Part shown: positions 10,428-20,110 of the stretch, in pieces
Layout: each line of letters opens with the position of its first letter
How positions within the stretch are numbered: the stretch's first letter is position 1
NCBI GenBank assembly: GCA_963422365.1
Contig: OY729426.1
Span: 1,568,001-1,632,000, forward strand
Reading direction: 5' to 3'
DNA from: Nitrospirales bacterium
Lineage (GTDB): Bacteria > Nitrospirota > Nitrospiria > Nitrospirales > UBA8639
DNA: 64,000 nt
Notes under the pieces: model-generated
What the model was told of the DNA's origin: nothing
Databases searched by the model: none
The model's input: only the letters and a program-made list of their open reading frames with translations
Program-made: the position numbers and the translations under genes

Positions 10428-11537
10428 ATGAGTCGCTCTAATAAACGGCAAACAGTCAAAGTTGGTCTCGGGACGCGAAGCTACGATATCGTGATCGGGC
10501 CTGGCAGCCTTCACCAGATGGGGCAGTATTTACAATCGTTAGGACTTTCCGGAAAAGTCGGAGTCGTGACCAATCCAACGTTGGCGCGTTTGTATGGGGT
10601 ATCGCTCAAAAAGGCGATCGTGAAAGCGGGGTTCACCTACCAGCTGATAAGTATTCCAGAGGGTGAGCGAACCAAAACGCTTCTGTGGGCCTCGTCCATC
10701 GTCGATGAGTTGGTCAAGCATCGATTTGAACGTCGGTCCGCACTCGTGGCGTTGGGTGGAGGGGTGATTGGGGATGTCACTGGTTTTGCCGCGTCAATGT
10801 ATCTTCGGGGTATCCCATTTGTTCAAGTGCCCACCACGCTTGTGGCACAAGTGGATTCCAGCGTGGGGGGGAAAACCGGGGTGAACCATCCCTCAGGAAA
10901 AAATTTGATCGGCGCGTTTTACCAGCCGGCCCTTGTGGTGTCCGATACGAATACGTTGCAGACCCTCCCCAAGCGAGAATGGCTGGCGGGGTTAGCCGAA
11001 GTGATTAAATATGGGGTCATTGCCGACAAAATGTTTTTCACCTTTTTAGAGGACAGAATGGAACATATTCTCGACATGAAGGATGAAGATGTCCAAAAAG
11101 TCGTCACGCGTTGTTGTGAGCTTAAAGCGTGGGTGGTAGCCAAAGATGAACGAGAATCCGGTCTGCGTCGGATCTTGAATTATGGGCATACTATTGGGCA
11201 CGCGTTGGAATCCTTGGGTCGGTACCAACAATATATCCATGGCGAGGCCGTGGGAATTGGAATGGTGCATGAAGCCCTCCTTGCCAATCACTTGAAGTTG
11301 TGCTCCAAAGGCGTCGTCGACAGGCAACGTGCATTGATAACGCGAACGGGCCTTCCTGTACGAATGCCGTCCCATAGTTTTTCGAAATTATGGGGAGCCA
11401 TACGTCATGATAAGAAGGTGGCACAGGGAATCATCCACTGTGTGCTTCCCCAAGCAATCGGGAAAGTCCGGGTCATGCCTCTGGATCCACGTACGGTGAA
11501 ACAGTGGTATCTGCACTGTCATGAGCAGTCCAATTGA
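10428..11537 (+). CDS. aroB: 3-dehydroquinate synthase
   Basis: ALGGGVIGDVTGF, PTTLVAQVDSSVGGKTGVN, LNYGHTIGHALE, HGEAV. Confidence 0.97.
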   Translation: MSRSNKRQTVKVGLGTRSYDIVIGPGSLHQMGQYLQSLGLSGKVGVVTNPTLARLYGVSLKKAIVKAGFTYQLISIPEGERTKTLLWASSIVDELVKHRFERRSALVALGGGVIGDVTGFAASMYLRGIPFVQVPTTLVAQVDSSVGGKTGVNHPSGKNLIGAFYQPALVVSDTNTLQTLPKREWLAGLAEVIKYGVIADKMFFTFLEDRMEHILDMKDEDVQKVVTRCCELKAWVVAKDERESGLRRILNYGHTIGHALESLGRYQQYIHGEAVGIGMVHEALLANHLKLCSKGVVDRQRALITRTGLPVRMPSHSFSKLWGAIRHDKKVAQGIIHCVLPQAIGKVRVMPLDPRTVKQWYLHCHEQSN

Positions 11538-11542
11538 CAATT

Positions 11543-11682
11543 GTAGCGCCTATTCCGGGTCACGGCCCGGGATAGGCCTCATGCGGCGGAGCATGCGTCA
11601 GGCGACCTGAGCCGTCATTGATGTGTCGCGAGTTGTGGACTGAGAGGCACATTCATCTGTAGGGCCGCATCTCATGCGGCCA
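11543..11682. repeat. GTAG-tagged REP-like palindromes
   Basis: GTAGGGCCGCATCTCATGCGGCC at 11659-11681 recurs at ~26512, ~33100 (rc) and ~52300 (rc); a second copy at ~11543 holds the nested hairpin CCTATTCCGGG..CCCGGGATAGG. Confidence 0.75.
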
Positions 11683-11698
11683 AACAAACATTATTGAA

Positions 11699-12967
11699 AT
11701 GACTCCGATAAAGCAATCCCCTAAGCGGCCCAAGCAAGATGTCAAAGCCGTCCTTCGCGAACGAACGCGCGAAGTGGAAATTCTGTATCGTATTAGTGAA
11801 TCGATTAGCAGTACGCTCGATTTGGAATCGGTCCTCAAGCACATCGTAGACGTGGTTGTCGAAGTGACGAAGGCCGATTCCTGTTTGTTGTATCTTGTCT
11901 CCACGAATCGGGATGAACTCGTGTTGCGAGCGTCCAAAAATCCTCATCCTAAGCTCATCGGCCGAACCTCCGTGGGGTTGGGAGAGGGGATTACGGGTTG
12001 GGTGGCACAAGAAAAGGTGACGGTGGTTATTCCTCGTCATGCGAGTGATGACCCACGGTTTAGATTTTTTCATAATTTACCTGAGGACCGATACCAAGCG
12101 TTTGTGTCACTTCCCGTCGTGACGAAGGGCAACGTCATCGGGGTCATTAATGTACAGCACAAACGGATGAAACGTTATCAGGGTGGCGAACTTGCGCTGT
12201 TATCGACGATCGCGAATCAGGTCGGCGGCGCCATTGAAAATGCCCGATTGTATGAAGAAATGAGGCGGCAAACGTTACAACTGGATACCCTGTCTCAGGT
12301 TTCGGAAACCGTTGCGTCCAACCGCGTGATTGAGGACGTGCTTCAGTTGATCGTGATGACGACGGCTCAGATGATGGATTCGACAATCTGTTCTCTCATG
12401 CTCGTTGACGAGGAGAATGAGGGGTTGCGTATTGCGGCGACTCAGAGCCTGAGCGACGCCTATCGTCGGAAGCCCCCGCTCAAGATTGGCCAGAGCATCA
12501 GCGGACGGGCGGTGAAAGAACAACGGCCGATTTATGTTGCCGACGTGAAGAAGGAGAAAGAGTTTTTCTACCAGGATTTAGCCAAACGGGAGTCGCTGTG
12601 CTCGTTATTGTCGGTACCCATGATGATTAAGGAAAAGGTCATTGGCGTGATTAATACCTATACCTCCACAGTGCATGCGTTTGACGATAAGGAAATCAAG
12701 ATCATGCAAACCATTGCCAACCAGGCAGCAGTGGCTATCGAGCATACTCGTCTCCTTGAAAAGTCATTTGAAATGCAAGAAGCCCTAGCCGTCAGAAAAC
12801 TTGTCGAACGGGCTAAGGGCTATCTCATGCATTCTCGCAAATTATCAGAAGCCGATGCGTTTAGGGTGATTCAGCGTCAAAGCATGAATATGAGAAAGTC
12901 CATGCGGGAAATTGCCGAGGCCATTATTTTGGCTGGAGAATTGGAAGGTGGATCAATGGAGCAGTGA
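11699..12967 (+). CDS. GAF-GAF-ANTAR RNA-binding antitermination regulator
   Basis: Two GAF repeats (GEGITGWVA / GQSISGRAV, VIGVIN) and C-terminal ANTAR RKLVERAKGYLM...SEADAFRVIQRQSMNMRKSMREIAEAII. Confidence 0.92.
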   Translation: MTPIKQSPKRPKQDVKAVLRERTREVEILYRISESISSTLDLESVLKHIVDVVVEVTKADSCLLYLVSTNRDELVLRASKNPHPKLIGRTSVGLGEGITGWVAQEKVTVVIPRHASDDPRFRFFHNLPEDRYQAFVSLPVVTKGNVIGVINVQHKRMKRYQGGELALLSTIANQVGGAIENARLYEEMRRQTLQLDTLSQVSETVASNRVIEDVLQLIVMTTAQMMDSTICSLMLVDEENEGLRIAATQSLSDAYRRKPPLKIGQSISGRAVKEQRPIYVADVKKEKEFFYQDLAKRESLCSLLSVPMMIKEKVIGVINTYTSTVHAFDDKEIKIMQTIANQAAVAIEHTRLLEKSFEMQEALAVRKLVERAKGYLMHSRKLSEADAFRVIQRQSMNMRKSMREIAEAIILAGELEGGSMEQ

Positions 12968-13060
12968 AAATCGTTCGTGTGTTCCGTGGCGCTTGAACTC
13001 CCTTGACAGGCCGTCAGGATCGCTGATACAAGCTGAAAATTCTACTGGTGCACGTTTGAT

Positions 13061-13090
13061 CCTTGGAAGGTGTTAGGACAAAGGCGTCCT
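13061..13090 (+). promoter_or_regulatory. ANTAR-target RNA hairpin(s) in the nadE leader
   Basis: AGGAC-AAAGGC-GTCCT (13075-13090): 5-bp stem with a hexaloop carrying A1 and G4; weak upstream hairpin CC-TTGGAA-GG; TTGACA at 13003-13008. Confidence 0.75.
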
Positions 13091-13122
13091 CCATTCCCTG
13101 ACGGGAAGAGGACGTTTTTTTT
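13084..13122 (+). terminator. Intrinsic terminator (attenuator) immediately before nadE
   Basis: GCGTCCTC-CA-TTCCC-TGAC-GGGAA-GAGGACG followed by T8; its 5' arm overlaps the ANTAR hairpin. Confidence 0.88.
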
Positions 13123-14901
13123 GTGATGCGAACTTGCCGAATGGCCATGGTTCAGATGAACCCTGTCGTGGGGGACGTGGATGGGAATGTGCGTGCGATG
13201 GGCAAATGGGTCAAACAAGCGCGGCAGGTCGGAGCAGAGATTGTCGTCTTTCCAGAATTAGCGATCACCGGCTATCCTCCTGAAGATCTGGTCTTACAAC
13301 CAAGTTTTCTCCACGCCACCAAGCAAGCTCTCCAACAGTTGACTAAGCAGTGTCGTGGCCTCACCGTCGTCGTCGGTTATCTTGAAGAGCAGGTGGCACG
13401 GGATTCGACTCCTTTCGTCGTCCCTTCAGGACCCCGGCATGTGTTGAATGCAGCGGCGGTGATTCATGACCGGCAAGTCGTGGCTACCTGCCAGAAAATC
13501 TTCTTGCCTAATTATGGAGTGTTTGACGAAAGCCGATATTTTTCACCAGGCAAAAAGGCCTTAGTCTGTCAAGTCCAAGGGGTGCGGTTTGGCGTGAATA
13601 TCTGTGAGGACATTTGGTATGCCGATGGGCCCACTCGCGATCAGGTCGCCGTCGGGCGCGCGCAACTCATTCTGAACATCAATGCATCTCCCTATCATAG
13701 GGGAAAGTCAAAAACGCGGGAGCACATGTTGGCGCAACGTGCCAGAGAGAATGACGTGGTGGTGAGTTACACCAACATGGTTGGAGGGCAGGACGAAGTC
13801 GTATTCGATGGAAACAGTATGATTGTCGATCGAATGGGAAAGGTCATCACCCGTGCCAGGGCGTTTGAAGAAGAGCTGCTTGTGGCGGATCTGTCTTTCA
13901 ATGGCCCACGGGAGACGCGCTCCGTGGTTCGAGAGAAACAGGCCAAGCAGCGGTATCCCGTCAAGCGAGTGCAACTTTCTCCGGTTGGGCAACGGAAACC
14001 GAACAAGCCCGTGCCGTTGAAAAATCCAACTTTGCCTTGCCATTTAGAAGAAATCTATCAAGCATTGGTGACAGGCGTGCGTGACTACGTCAGGAAGAAC
14101 CATTTCCAGCGAGTGTTGATTGCCATCAGCGGAGGGATTGATTCAGCCCTGACGGCAGTGATTGCCACCGATGCCCTTGGGCCGGACCAAGTGATGGGGG
14201 TGTTCATGTCCTCACCGTTTACCTCACGGGAAAGCCGCGTTGATGCCAAAGCCTTGACGAAGGCGCTGAACATTCGTTTGTTGACCATTCCGATTACGCG
14301 CCTTTGGAAGCAATACTCCCGGACCTTGTCTTCGACTTTCGGAGCATGCGTTCCTGATATCACGGAAGAAAATCTTCAAGCTCGCATCCGTGGCACCATT
14401 GTGATGGCTCTATCCAACAAGTTTGGCCATTTAGTCTTGACGACCGGCAATAAGAGCGAAATGAGCGTCGGCTATGCCACCTTGTATGGAGATATGGCTG
14501 GTGGCTTTGCCGTGATGAAAGACGTACCCAAAACCCTGGTCTATGGACTGGTGCGTTATCGGAATCTCAAAGCCGTTGACGACCATGGTGCAGCGGTGAT
14601 TCCTCAACGGATGATCGACCGACCGCCTTCGGCTGAGCTCAAGCCCGATCAAACGGATCAAGACACCTTGCCGTCCTATGAAGTCCTCGACCCCATCCTG
14701 GAGGCCTATGTCGAAGGAGACTCTTCCCTTCAAGAAATTGTCGAAAAAGGATTTTCTCCGCAACTCGTCAAACGCGTGATGGCCATGGTGGATCGCAGTG
14801 AATATAAACGACGTCAGGCTCCCATCGGGATCAAAATCACACGCAAGGCGCTTGGGAAAGATCGACGCATGCCAATTACCAATCGATATGTGAAGCATTG
14901 A
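13123..14901 (+). CDS. nadE: Glutamine-dependent NAD+ synthetase
   Basis: Nitrilase domain (FPELAITGYPPED, K..LPNYGVFDE, ICEDIW) plus synthetase (ISGGIDSAL, ENLQARIRG, TGNKSE, SEYKRRQ). Confidence 0.97.
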   Translation: MMRTCRMAMVQMNPVVGDVDGNVRAMGKWVKQARQVGAEIVVFPELAITGYPPEDLVLQPSFLHATKQALQQLTKQCRGLTVVVGYLEEQVARDSTPFVVPSGPRHVLNAAAVIHDRQVVATCQKIFLPNYGVFDESRYFSPGKKALVCQVQGVRFGVNICEDIWYADGPTRDQVAVGRAQLILNINASPYHRGKSKTREHMLAQRARENDVVVSYTNMVGGQDEVVFDGNSMIVDRMGKVITRARAFEEELLVADLSFNGPRETRSVVREKQAKQRYPVKRVQLSPVGQRKPNKPVPLKNPTLPCHLEEIYQALVTGVRDYVRKNHFQRVLIAISGGIDSALTAVIATDALGPDQVMGVFMSSPFTSRESRVDAKALTKALNIRLLTIPITRLWKQYSRTLSSTFGACVPDITEENLQARIRGTIVMALSNKFGHLVLTTGNKSEMSVGYATLYGDMAGGFAVMKDVPKTLVYGLVRYRNLKAVDDHGAAVIPQRMIDRPPSAELKPDQTDQDTLPSYEVLDPILEAYVEGDSSLQEIVEKGFSPQLVKRVMAMVDRSEYKRRQAPIGIKITRKALGKDRRMPITNRYVKH

Positions 14902-14975
14902 CGAACAATGTCCAAGTCAGCCTACTCACCCATACGAGTGACGGAGGATAAGAAGAACGTCACCGGCGGAGGTTT

Positions 14976-17708
14976 GTGAATCACGAATGTAAACAATCGG
15001 GGACTCCGCCTATCGACTCATCTCAGTCGAGTGTGTCCTCAACACAAGCCGTACTCCAGGCGCGACGCGAAGGCATTCGCCAACGATTACGGGATGGCGC
15101 GTCAGGGACGGAGGTCGTGTCGGATTTTGCCGCTCTCGTTGATGCGGTCTTGATCGGTCGTTATCGAAACGTGATCAGACGGCAGGGCAGCAGTGCGGCT
15201 GCGGGCATGCCGCATTGTTGTCTCGTGGCGGTGGGGGGATATGGTCGACGCGAACTTGCCCCCTATTCCGACATCGACATCATGATGCTCTATCGTGCCG
15301 GTGGCGAAAAGGCAGTTCAGGATCTTTCAAAGCAGGTGTTTCACCATTTGTGGGATTTGGGTTTTCAGGTGGGGCATAGTGTTCGATCGATTCACGACTG
15401 CGTGGTCGTCGCAGAAGGGGATTTGTCGGCCAAAACCGCGCTCATGGAGTCGAGGTTTTTAGTCGGAAGTCCGGCGGTCTTTCAAGAATTTCGGCAACGT
15501 TTTGCCAAGCGCGTTCTTGGAAGACGAGTGGAGAGTTTTATCCGTGAAAAGCTTGAAGAGCGGCATCAGGACTATGCCAAATTCGGCGAGACCGTGTTTC
15601 TCTTGGAACCGAATATGAAGAAGACCAAAGGCGGATTGAGAGATGTCCATTTGCTCCAATGGATCGGGATGGCCCGGTATCAGGCCTCCACATTGCAGGA
15701 GTTAGCCAATCGTGGAGTCTTGGTGCACCACGATTATCAGGCGTTGCTTGAGGCAAGAGAGTTCTTATTCAAGGTACGTGCCTTGCTCCATTTAGAGGCG
15801 GGCCGTGCCCAGGAAATATTGTCGTTCGATGAACAAGTGCGCATGGCTCAAGAGTTTGGCTATCGAGATGAACCGCATATGCTGGGTGTCGAACAGTTCA
15901 TGCAGCAATATTATCGTCTGACCATGGGCATTCATCATTGTGCCATGCGATTTGTGGAGCGTGCACGCTCCGTGTCTCTCTGGACTCGCCTCAAAAAACT
16001 TTGGCCTTCTCCTTTGATCAATGGTTTTTTCCAGGTCGTCGATGGGAGACTGTCCATACGTGAAGAGAAACTCATTCAGGTCTTGGATGATCCGGAGTAC
16101 CTCGTGAGTCTCTTTCAGGTTGCTCAAAAACAAAGGGTGACGATCGACGGACGGGTGCTGGAAGAGATTCACCGCCACATGGGAAGCATGCCAGACCATC
16201 TGTTTGCTTCCCCAGCCGTGAATCGGCGGTTTCGAGAATTGTTGTCGGGACCTGAGGCCGTTGCCGAGACGTTAATGCTGATGCACCAAGCTCGTGTTTT
16301 GGAAAAACTGGTCCCGGCCTTTGGCCGTGTACGGGGACTCATGCAATTTAATCAGTACCACAAATATACGGTGGATGAGCATAGCCTGCTGGCCGTGACG
16401 CAAGTTGAGTCTTTAGGGAAGCAGTCTGGAATGTTGGGAAAGGTGTACCAAGACATTCAACAGAAGGATCTTCTGCACTTGGCCGTGCTGCTTCATGATG
16501 TGGGGAAAGGCCTCCCTGAGGACCACAGCGAAGTCGGCAAAAAGATTGCTCAAGACATGTCCGTCAGATTAGGACTTGACGCACCAGAATCGCAGACCCT
16601 GGAGTTTCTTGTACACGCACACCTGCTGATGGCGAATACGGCCTTTCGACGGGACCCCAGTGATGAAAAAGTGCTTCTGATGTTTTGTCGGGCCGTGAGC
16701 ACTCCCCATCGATTAAAACAACTCTTGCTCCTGACTGCTGCAGACATTGCGGCGGTAGGTCCGGACATGCTGACAAGGTGGAAAGAAACGTTGCTGATCG
16801 AATTATATTTACGGGCACTCCCTGAAGTTTCCGGAGAAAGTGAACGGGGGGAATCCACCCGTGACGTCGAGCATCTCACCAACGAGGTGTTGGCTGTCTG
16901 GCAGTCGCAAGCTCTACGCGTTGAAGGACGTGGCCCAGCAACCCAGGGGCGGTCTCTTCCGACCCGTGAGTGGGTCAAGAGCCAGTTAGAAGCCTTTCCG
17001 GTGCGCTATCTTTTCGGAACGGCCCAGGATCGCATCATAGCCCACCTGTCTGCCATTCAATGCTTGACTCCGGAACATCCCAGGGTCGAATCCACCTATA
17101 ATCAGGAACTCAAGGTGTGTGAGTATTCGTTAATTGCCTTTGATTCCGTGGCGTCCGGGATGTTTATGAAGATGACGGGCGTGTTGGCTGCGAAAGGCCT
17201 GCTTGTGCTTGAGGCCCAGATTGTGACAAGACCAGACGGTATTGTGGTGGATACGTTTTTGGTCAAGGACCCTGATTTCAACGGCGCGCCGACGCCGGCA
17301 CGGTTGGAAAAAGTGGGGAAGGCAATCGTCAGTGTGTTGAAGGGAGAATTCTCGGTCGAAGCGTTTATGGAACAGAATCAACGCGTGTCATTTCGTAGCC
17401 AAATGCCGATTCGCCAGCATCGCACCGAAGTCAAAATCGATAATGAGACGTCTGACCAGTTTACCATGATTGACGTGTTTGCCGATGACAAGCAGGGCCT
17501 GTTGCATGAAATAGCCAAAACCTTGTATGACCTCGGTCTCTCGATTCATGCGGCCAAAATCGGGACGCGGCTTGATCAAGTCGTGGACGTGTTTCACGTC
17601 ACGGAACGGAATGGCAAAAAGGTCGAAGACGCCCACACATGTGCATCCATTCAAAAGAGATTAGAAGAAACAGTCGATCGATTTTTGCAATATGACAACT
17701 CACAGTGA
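14976..17708 (+). CDS. glnD: [Protein-PII] uridylyltransferase
   Basis: AVGGYGRRELAPYSDID, EPNMKKTKGGLRD, HD domain (YHKYTVDEH, LLHDVGKG), two C-terminal ACT domains. Confidence 0.96.
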   Translation: MNHECKQSGTPPIDSSQSSVSSTQAVLQARREGIRQRLRDGASGTEVVSDFAALVDAVLIGRYRNVIRRQGSSAAAGMPHCCLVAVGGYGRRELAPYSDIDIMMLYRAGGEKAVQDLSKQVFHHLWDLGFQVGHSVRSIHDCVVVAEGDLSAKTALMESRFLVGSPAVFQEFRQRFAKRVLGRRVESFIREKLEERHQDYAKFGETVFLLEPNMKKTKGGLRDVHLLQWIGMARYQASTLQELANRGVLVHHDYQALLEAREFLFKVRALLHLEAGRAQEILSFDEQVRMAQEFGYRDEPHMLGVEQFMQQYYRLTMGIHHCAMRFVERARSVSLWTRLKKLWPSPLINGFFQVVDGRLSIREEKLIQVLDDPEYLVSLFQVAQKQRVTIDGRVLEEIHRHMGSMPDHLFASPAVNRRFRELLSGPEAVAETLMLMHQARVLEKLVPAFGRVRGLMQFNQYHKYTVDEHSLLAVTQVESLGKQSGMLGKVYQDIQQKDLLHLAVLLHDVGKGLPEDHSEVGKKIAQDMSVRLGLDAPESQTLEFLVHAHLLMANTAFRRDPSDEKVLLMFCRAVSTPHRLKQLLLLTAADIAAVGPDMLTRWKETLLIELYLRALPEVSGESERGESTRDVEHLTNEVLAVWQSQALRVEGRGPATQGRSLPTREWVKSQLEAFPVRYLFGTAQDRIIAHLSAIQCLTPEHPRVESTYNQELKVCEYSLIAFDSVASGMFMKMTGVLAAKGLLVLEAQIVTRPDGIVVDTFLVKDPDFNGAPTPARLEKVGKAIVSVLKGEFSVEAFMEQNQRVSFRSQMPIRQHRTEVKIDNETSDQFTMIDVFADDKQGLLHEIAKTLYDLGLSIHAAKIGTRLDQVVDVFHVTERNGKKVEDAHTCASIQKRLEETVDRFLQYDNSQ

Positions 17709-18155
17709 AGAATGCTGTTGTTGCAATATTTGCACTTGATCAATAATGGTTTGCATCATACGTAGATTAATGTCGTGGATCAGTCGACACTGTAAGTGGC
17801 CTTTGGGATTCACAATAAGCGTTTCGCACCGATAGGCAGGAAGGGGAACGGCCAAGCTGAGTGTGCGACTCAGACGGCCCAACGGATCGACCAACAAGGT
17901 CAGATTGATGTTTTTGACCCGTTGATGCGGCAGCATGGAAGGGGCGATCATGTTGAATGAGAACGAAAAACGTTGCGGGCAGAGAATGAAATCGAGTGTG
18001 TTGACGATCGAAAAAATGGCTTCGACTTCACTAAAATGAAAGACGCTATTCAGGATGACCCATTGACCCTGAAAATCTCCCAAGGAAGAGCTTGTGAAGG
18101 TGCCATTGACTAAAGCAGGCATACGGTATCGGGGCATGGGATCTCCAATGTTCAT
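17700..18155 (-). CDS. Degenerate AhpC/TSA (peroxiredoxin)-fold protein, possibly internally frameshifted
   Basis: MNIGDPMP...SLGDFQGQWVIL and LLVDPLGRLSR...TLIVNPKG resemble the Prx fold; no peroxidatic PxxxTxxC motif. Confidence 0.55.
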   Translation of the reverse strand: MNIGDPMPRYRMPALVNGTFTSSSLGDFQGQWVILNSVFHFSEVEAIFSIVNTLDFILCPQRFSFSFNMIAPSMLPHQRVKNINLTLLVDPLGRLSRTLSLAVPLPAYRCETLIVNPKGHLQCRLIHDINLRMMQTIIDQVQILQQQHSSL

Positions 18156-18203
18156 CGAGGCGCGCTCCTTATTTGTGAAAGTTAAGAAATGGTTGTCGGC
18201 CTA

Positions 18204-19223
18204 TCAGCCAGAACTTGCTTGCAAGCGAGGCGTTCCTTCCCGAAGGCTGGAGAAGATCATTCGACCGGCATTTGTTTGAATGACACTGGTAACCACCACC
18301 TCGACGCGTTTCCCAATCCATCGTCTGGCATGATCGACGACAACCATGGTCCCATCATCCAAGTGCGCCACGCCCTGTCCCGCTTCTTTCCCTTCTCTCA
18401 ACAGAAAGACCTTTAAGGATTCGCCAGGCAGTACGGCTGGTCGAATCGCGTTCGACAATTCGTGAGTATTTAAAATCTGTATGCCTTGCACGGAGGCAAC
18501 CTTATTGAGATTCATATCGGTGGTCACGATTTTTGCTTTTTGGAGTTTTGCCAATTCCATCAATTTGGGGTCGACATCGGAAAATTGAGGAAAGTCGGCA
18601 TCAATAATATGGACATCAATGGTCTCCATATTCATGAGGTCCTGGAGGATGTCCAGGCCGCGTTTCCCCCGAATGCGTTTATGGCCGTCTGAGGAATCCG
18701 AGATGCGTTGGAGTTCGCGAAGGACGAATTGCGGTACAATGAGCGGACCTTCAAAAAACCCAGTCCGGGATAAGTCTGCAATACGTCCGTCGATAATAGC
18801 GCTCGTATCCAAAATTTTAGGTTGCTGGCTTTGTGATGCGGAGTCGGCACCATATGAGACAGGAACAAAAGAGAACGTTCTTCCCATTCGGATCCCCAGA
18901 AAGGTGCCGATATAGCAAAAACCGACTACGGTAGCGACGGTTAAAAAAGAGGTGATCTCAGGACGCTGGAGGAAAATCTGTTGGCTGATGAAACTTGCCA
19001 TTCCACTCAAACAGACTCCAATCGAAAAACCGGCGAGACCACCTAACATCTCACTCGGCCGCAGAGGAAACACCAGACGTTCAAGCCAGATCAACCCTAC
19101 GCTGAGCCCTCCCATTAAGAGGCCACCAAAGAGGCCGTGTGTAGACGTTTCCGATCCTCGACTTGATCCAAACGCAAATCCTGCCAGAACACTGCCAATG
19201 ATGAAGAGGGTTCGCACAACCAT
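18204..19223 (-). CDS. Membrane PIN/TRAM-domain protein (YacL-like)
   Basis: Four TM helices; KILDTSAIIDGRI PIN motif, RGKRGLDIL; TRAM GVAHLDDGTMVVVD...QTNAGRMIF. Confidence 0.93.
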   Translation of the reverse strand: MVVRTLFIIGSVLAGFAFGSSRGSETSTHGLFGGLLMGGLSVGLIWLERLVFPLRPSEMLGGLAGFSIGVCLSGMASFISQQIFLQRPEITSFLTVATVVGFCYIGTFLGIRMGRTFSFVPVSYGADSASQSQQPKILDTSAIIDGRIADLSRTGFFEGPLIVPQFVLRELQRISDSSDGHKRIRGKRGLDILQDLMNMETIDVHIIDADFPQFSDVDPKLMELAKLQKAKIVTTDMNLNKVASVQGIQILNTHELSNAIRPAVLPGESLKVFLLREGKEAGQGVAHLDDGTMVVVDHARRWIGKRVEVVVTSVIQTNAGRMIFSSLREGTPRLQASSG

Positions 19224-19330
19224 AAAACGTATCCTTTCTTAGGCATTCGTGAGAGGTAAAAAAGTATGTCCGAGATGGGCAATGCAAAAATTCTTTCTAC
19301 ATGGTGCCGTGTAAGGGCTTTGTGGACTAT

Positions 19331-19588
19331 TCAAAGCGTCGGGATTGCCGAATAGCCACAGGGGCGTGGCGTCAAGACGTTCCTCTCGGTACGATGGTTG
19401 ATCTGCCCTGTCCGTATCGGAGGTCCGTTCGAGAGGCTGGGTCTGTGCTGGCCTGCCCCTGGCGTTGTACTCGGCCACATGGACCAGATCCAAAATACCA
19501 GAATCGTCATGATGATCAATGCTAAGGAAACAGCAACACTAATGAGTGCAGCCTTTTCCTCAGAATGGAAGTCAGAGGGATTCAGCAT
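19331..19588 (-). CDS. Small hypothetical single-TM protein
   Basis: Hydrophobic stretch AALISVAVSLALIIMTILVFWIW; lies downstream of a Fur-box-like promoter. Confidence 0.4.
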   Translation of the reverse strand: MLNPSDFHSEEKAALISVAVSLALIIMTILVFWIWSMWPSTTPGAGQHRPSLSNGPPIRTGQINHRTERNVLTPRPCGYSAIPTL

Positions 19589-19732
19589 AAGAATTTCCGA
19601 ATTCTCGGTGACGCCGTTGCATGGACAATGACGATTTCTGCTGAGTACTACCTACGTCCCTGCGCTGGCACGATGACCGATTCTCTTTTCGCAGGCCATC
19701 TTCGTGTCTGTAAGACCGCCATAACCCATATT

Positions 19733-19776
19733 ATGATTTTAATTATGGATATCAATATCATAATAATAATCTATCA
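19733..19776 (-). promoter_or_regulatory. Overlapping Fur-box-like operators and extended -10 promoter
   Basis: ATGATTTTAATTATGGATATCAA (19733-19755) and TTAATTATGGATATCAATATCAT (19739-19761) are offset by 6 nt; TGaTAGATT on - strand at 19768-19776. Confidence 0.65.
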
Positions 19777-19939
19777 CAATGGACCTGTCTCCACCATGTT
19801 GATTTTCCGGTGAAACATGTCGATCTGCCGGTTTTTGGGGAAAATGGACAAAAGGCCCCAAAATGGCAAATGGCTGCCCAATCCCCCATGCAGGCTTGCG
19901 TTTCACCAAGAGATGAAAAGAGATGAAAGTGGGGCACTC

Positions 19940-20045
19940 TCTATCATCCCCGACGGGTATCATCGTGGGGCGGGAATTGTCAGCGAACGCCTGTCCCCGA
20001 CGTTTTTAATTGGGGAACTGAACCATACAGAAATGACGGGATTGG
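19940..20045. repeat. MITE-end/REP composite repeat
   Basis: TGTCAGCGAACG-[CCTGTCCCCGACGTTTTTAATTGGGGA]-ACTGAACCATACA, nearly identical to 26788-26840 and to the rc of 52152-52204. Confidence 0.8.
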
Positions 20046-20110
20046 AGGGACGATCCTGAGCCTTTCTGTCGTCGGCAGGACCGGTCGGAAGGGTGGCTTT
20101 CGCTCATCCG

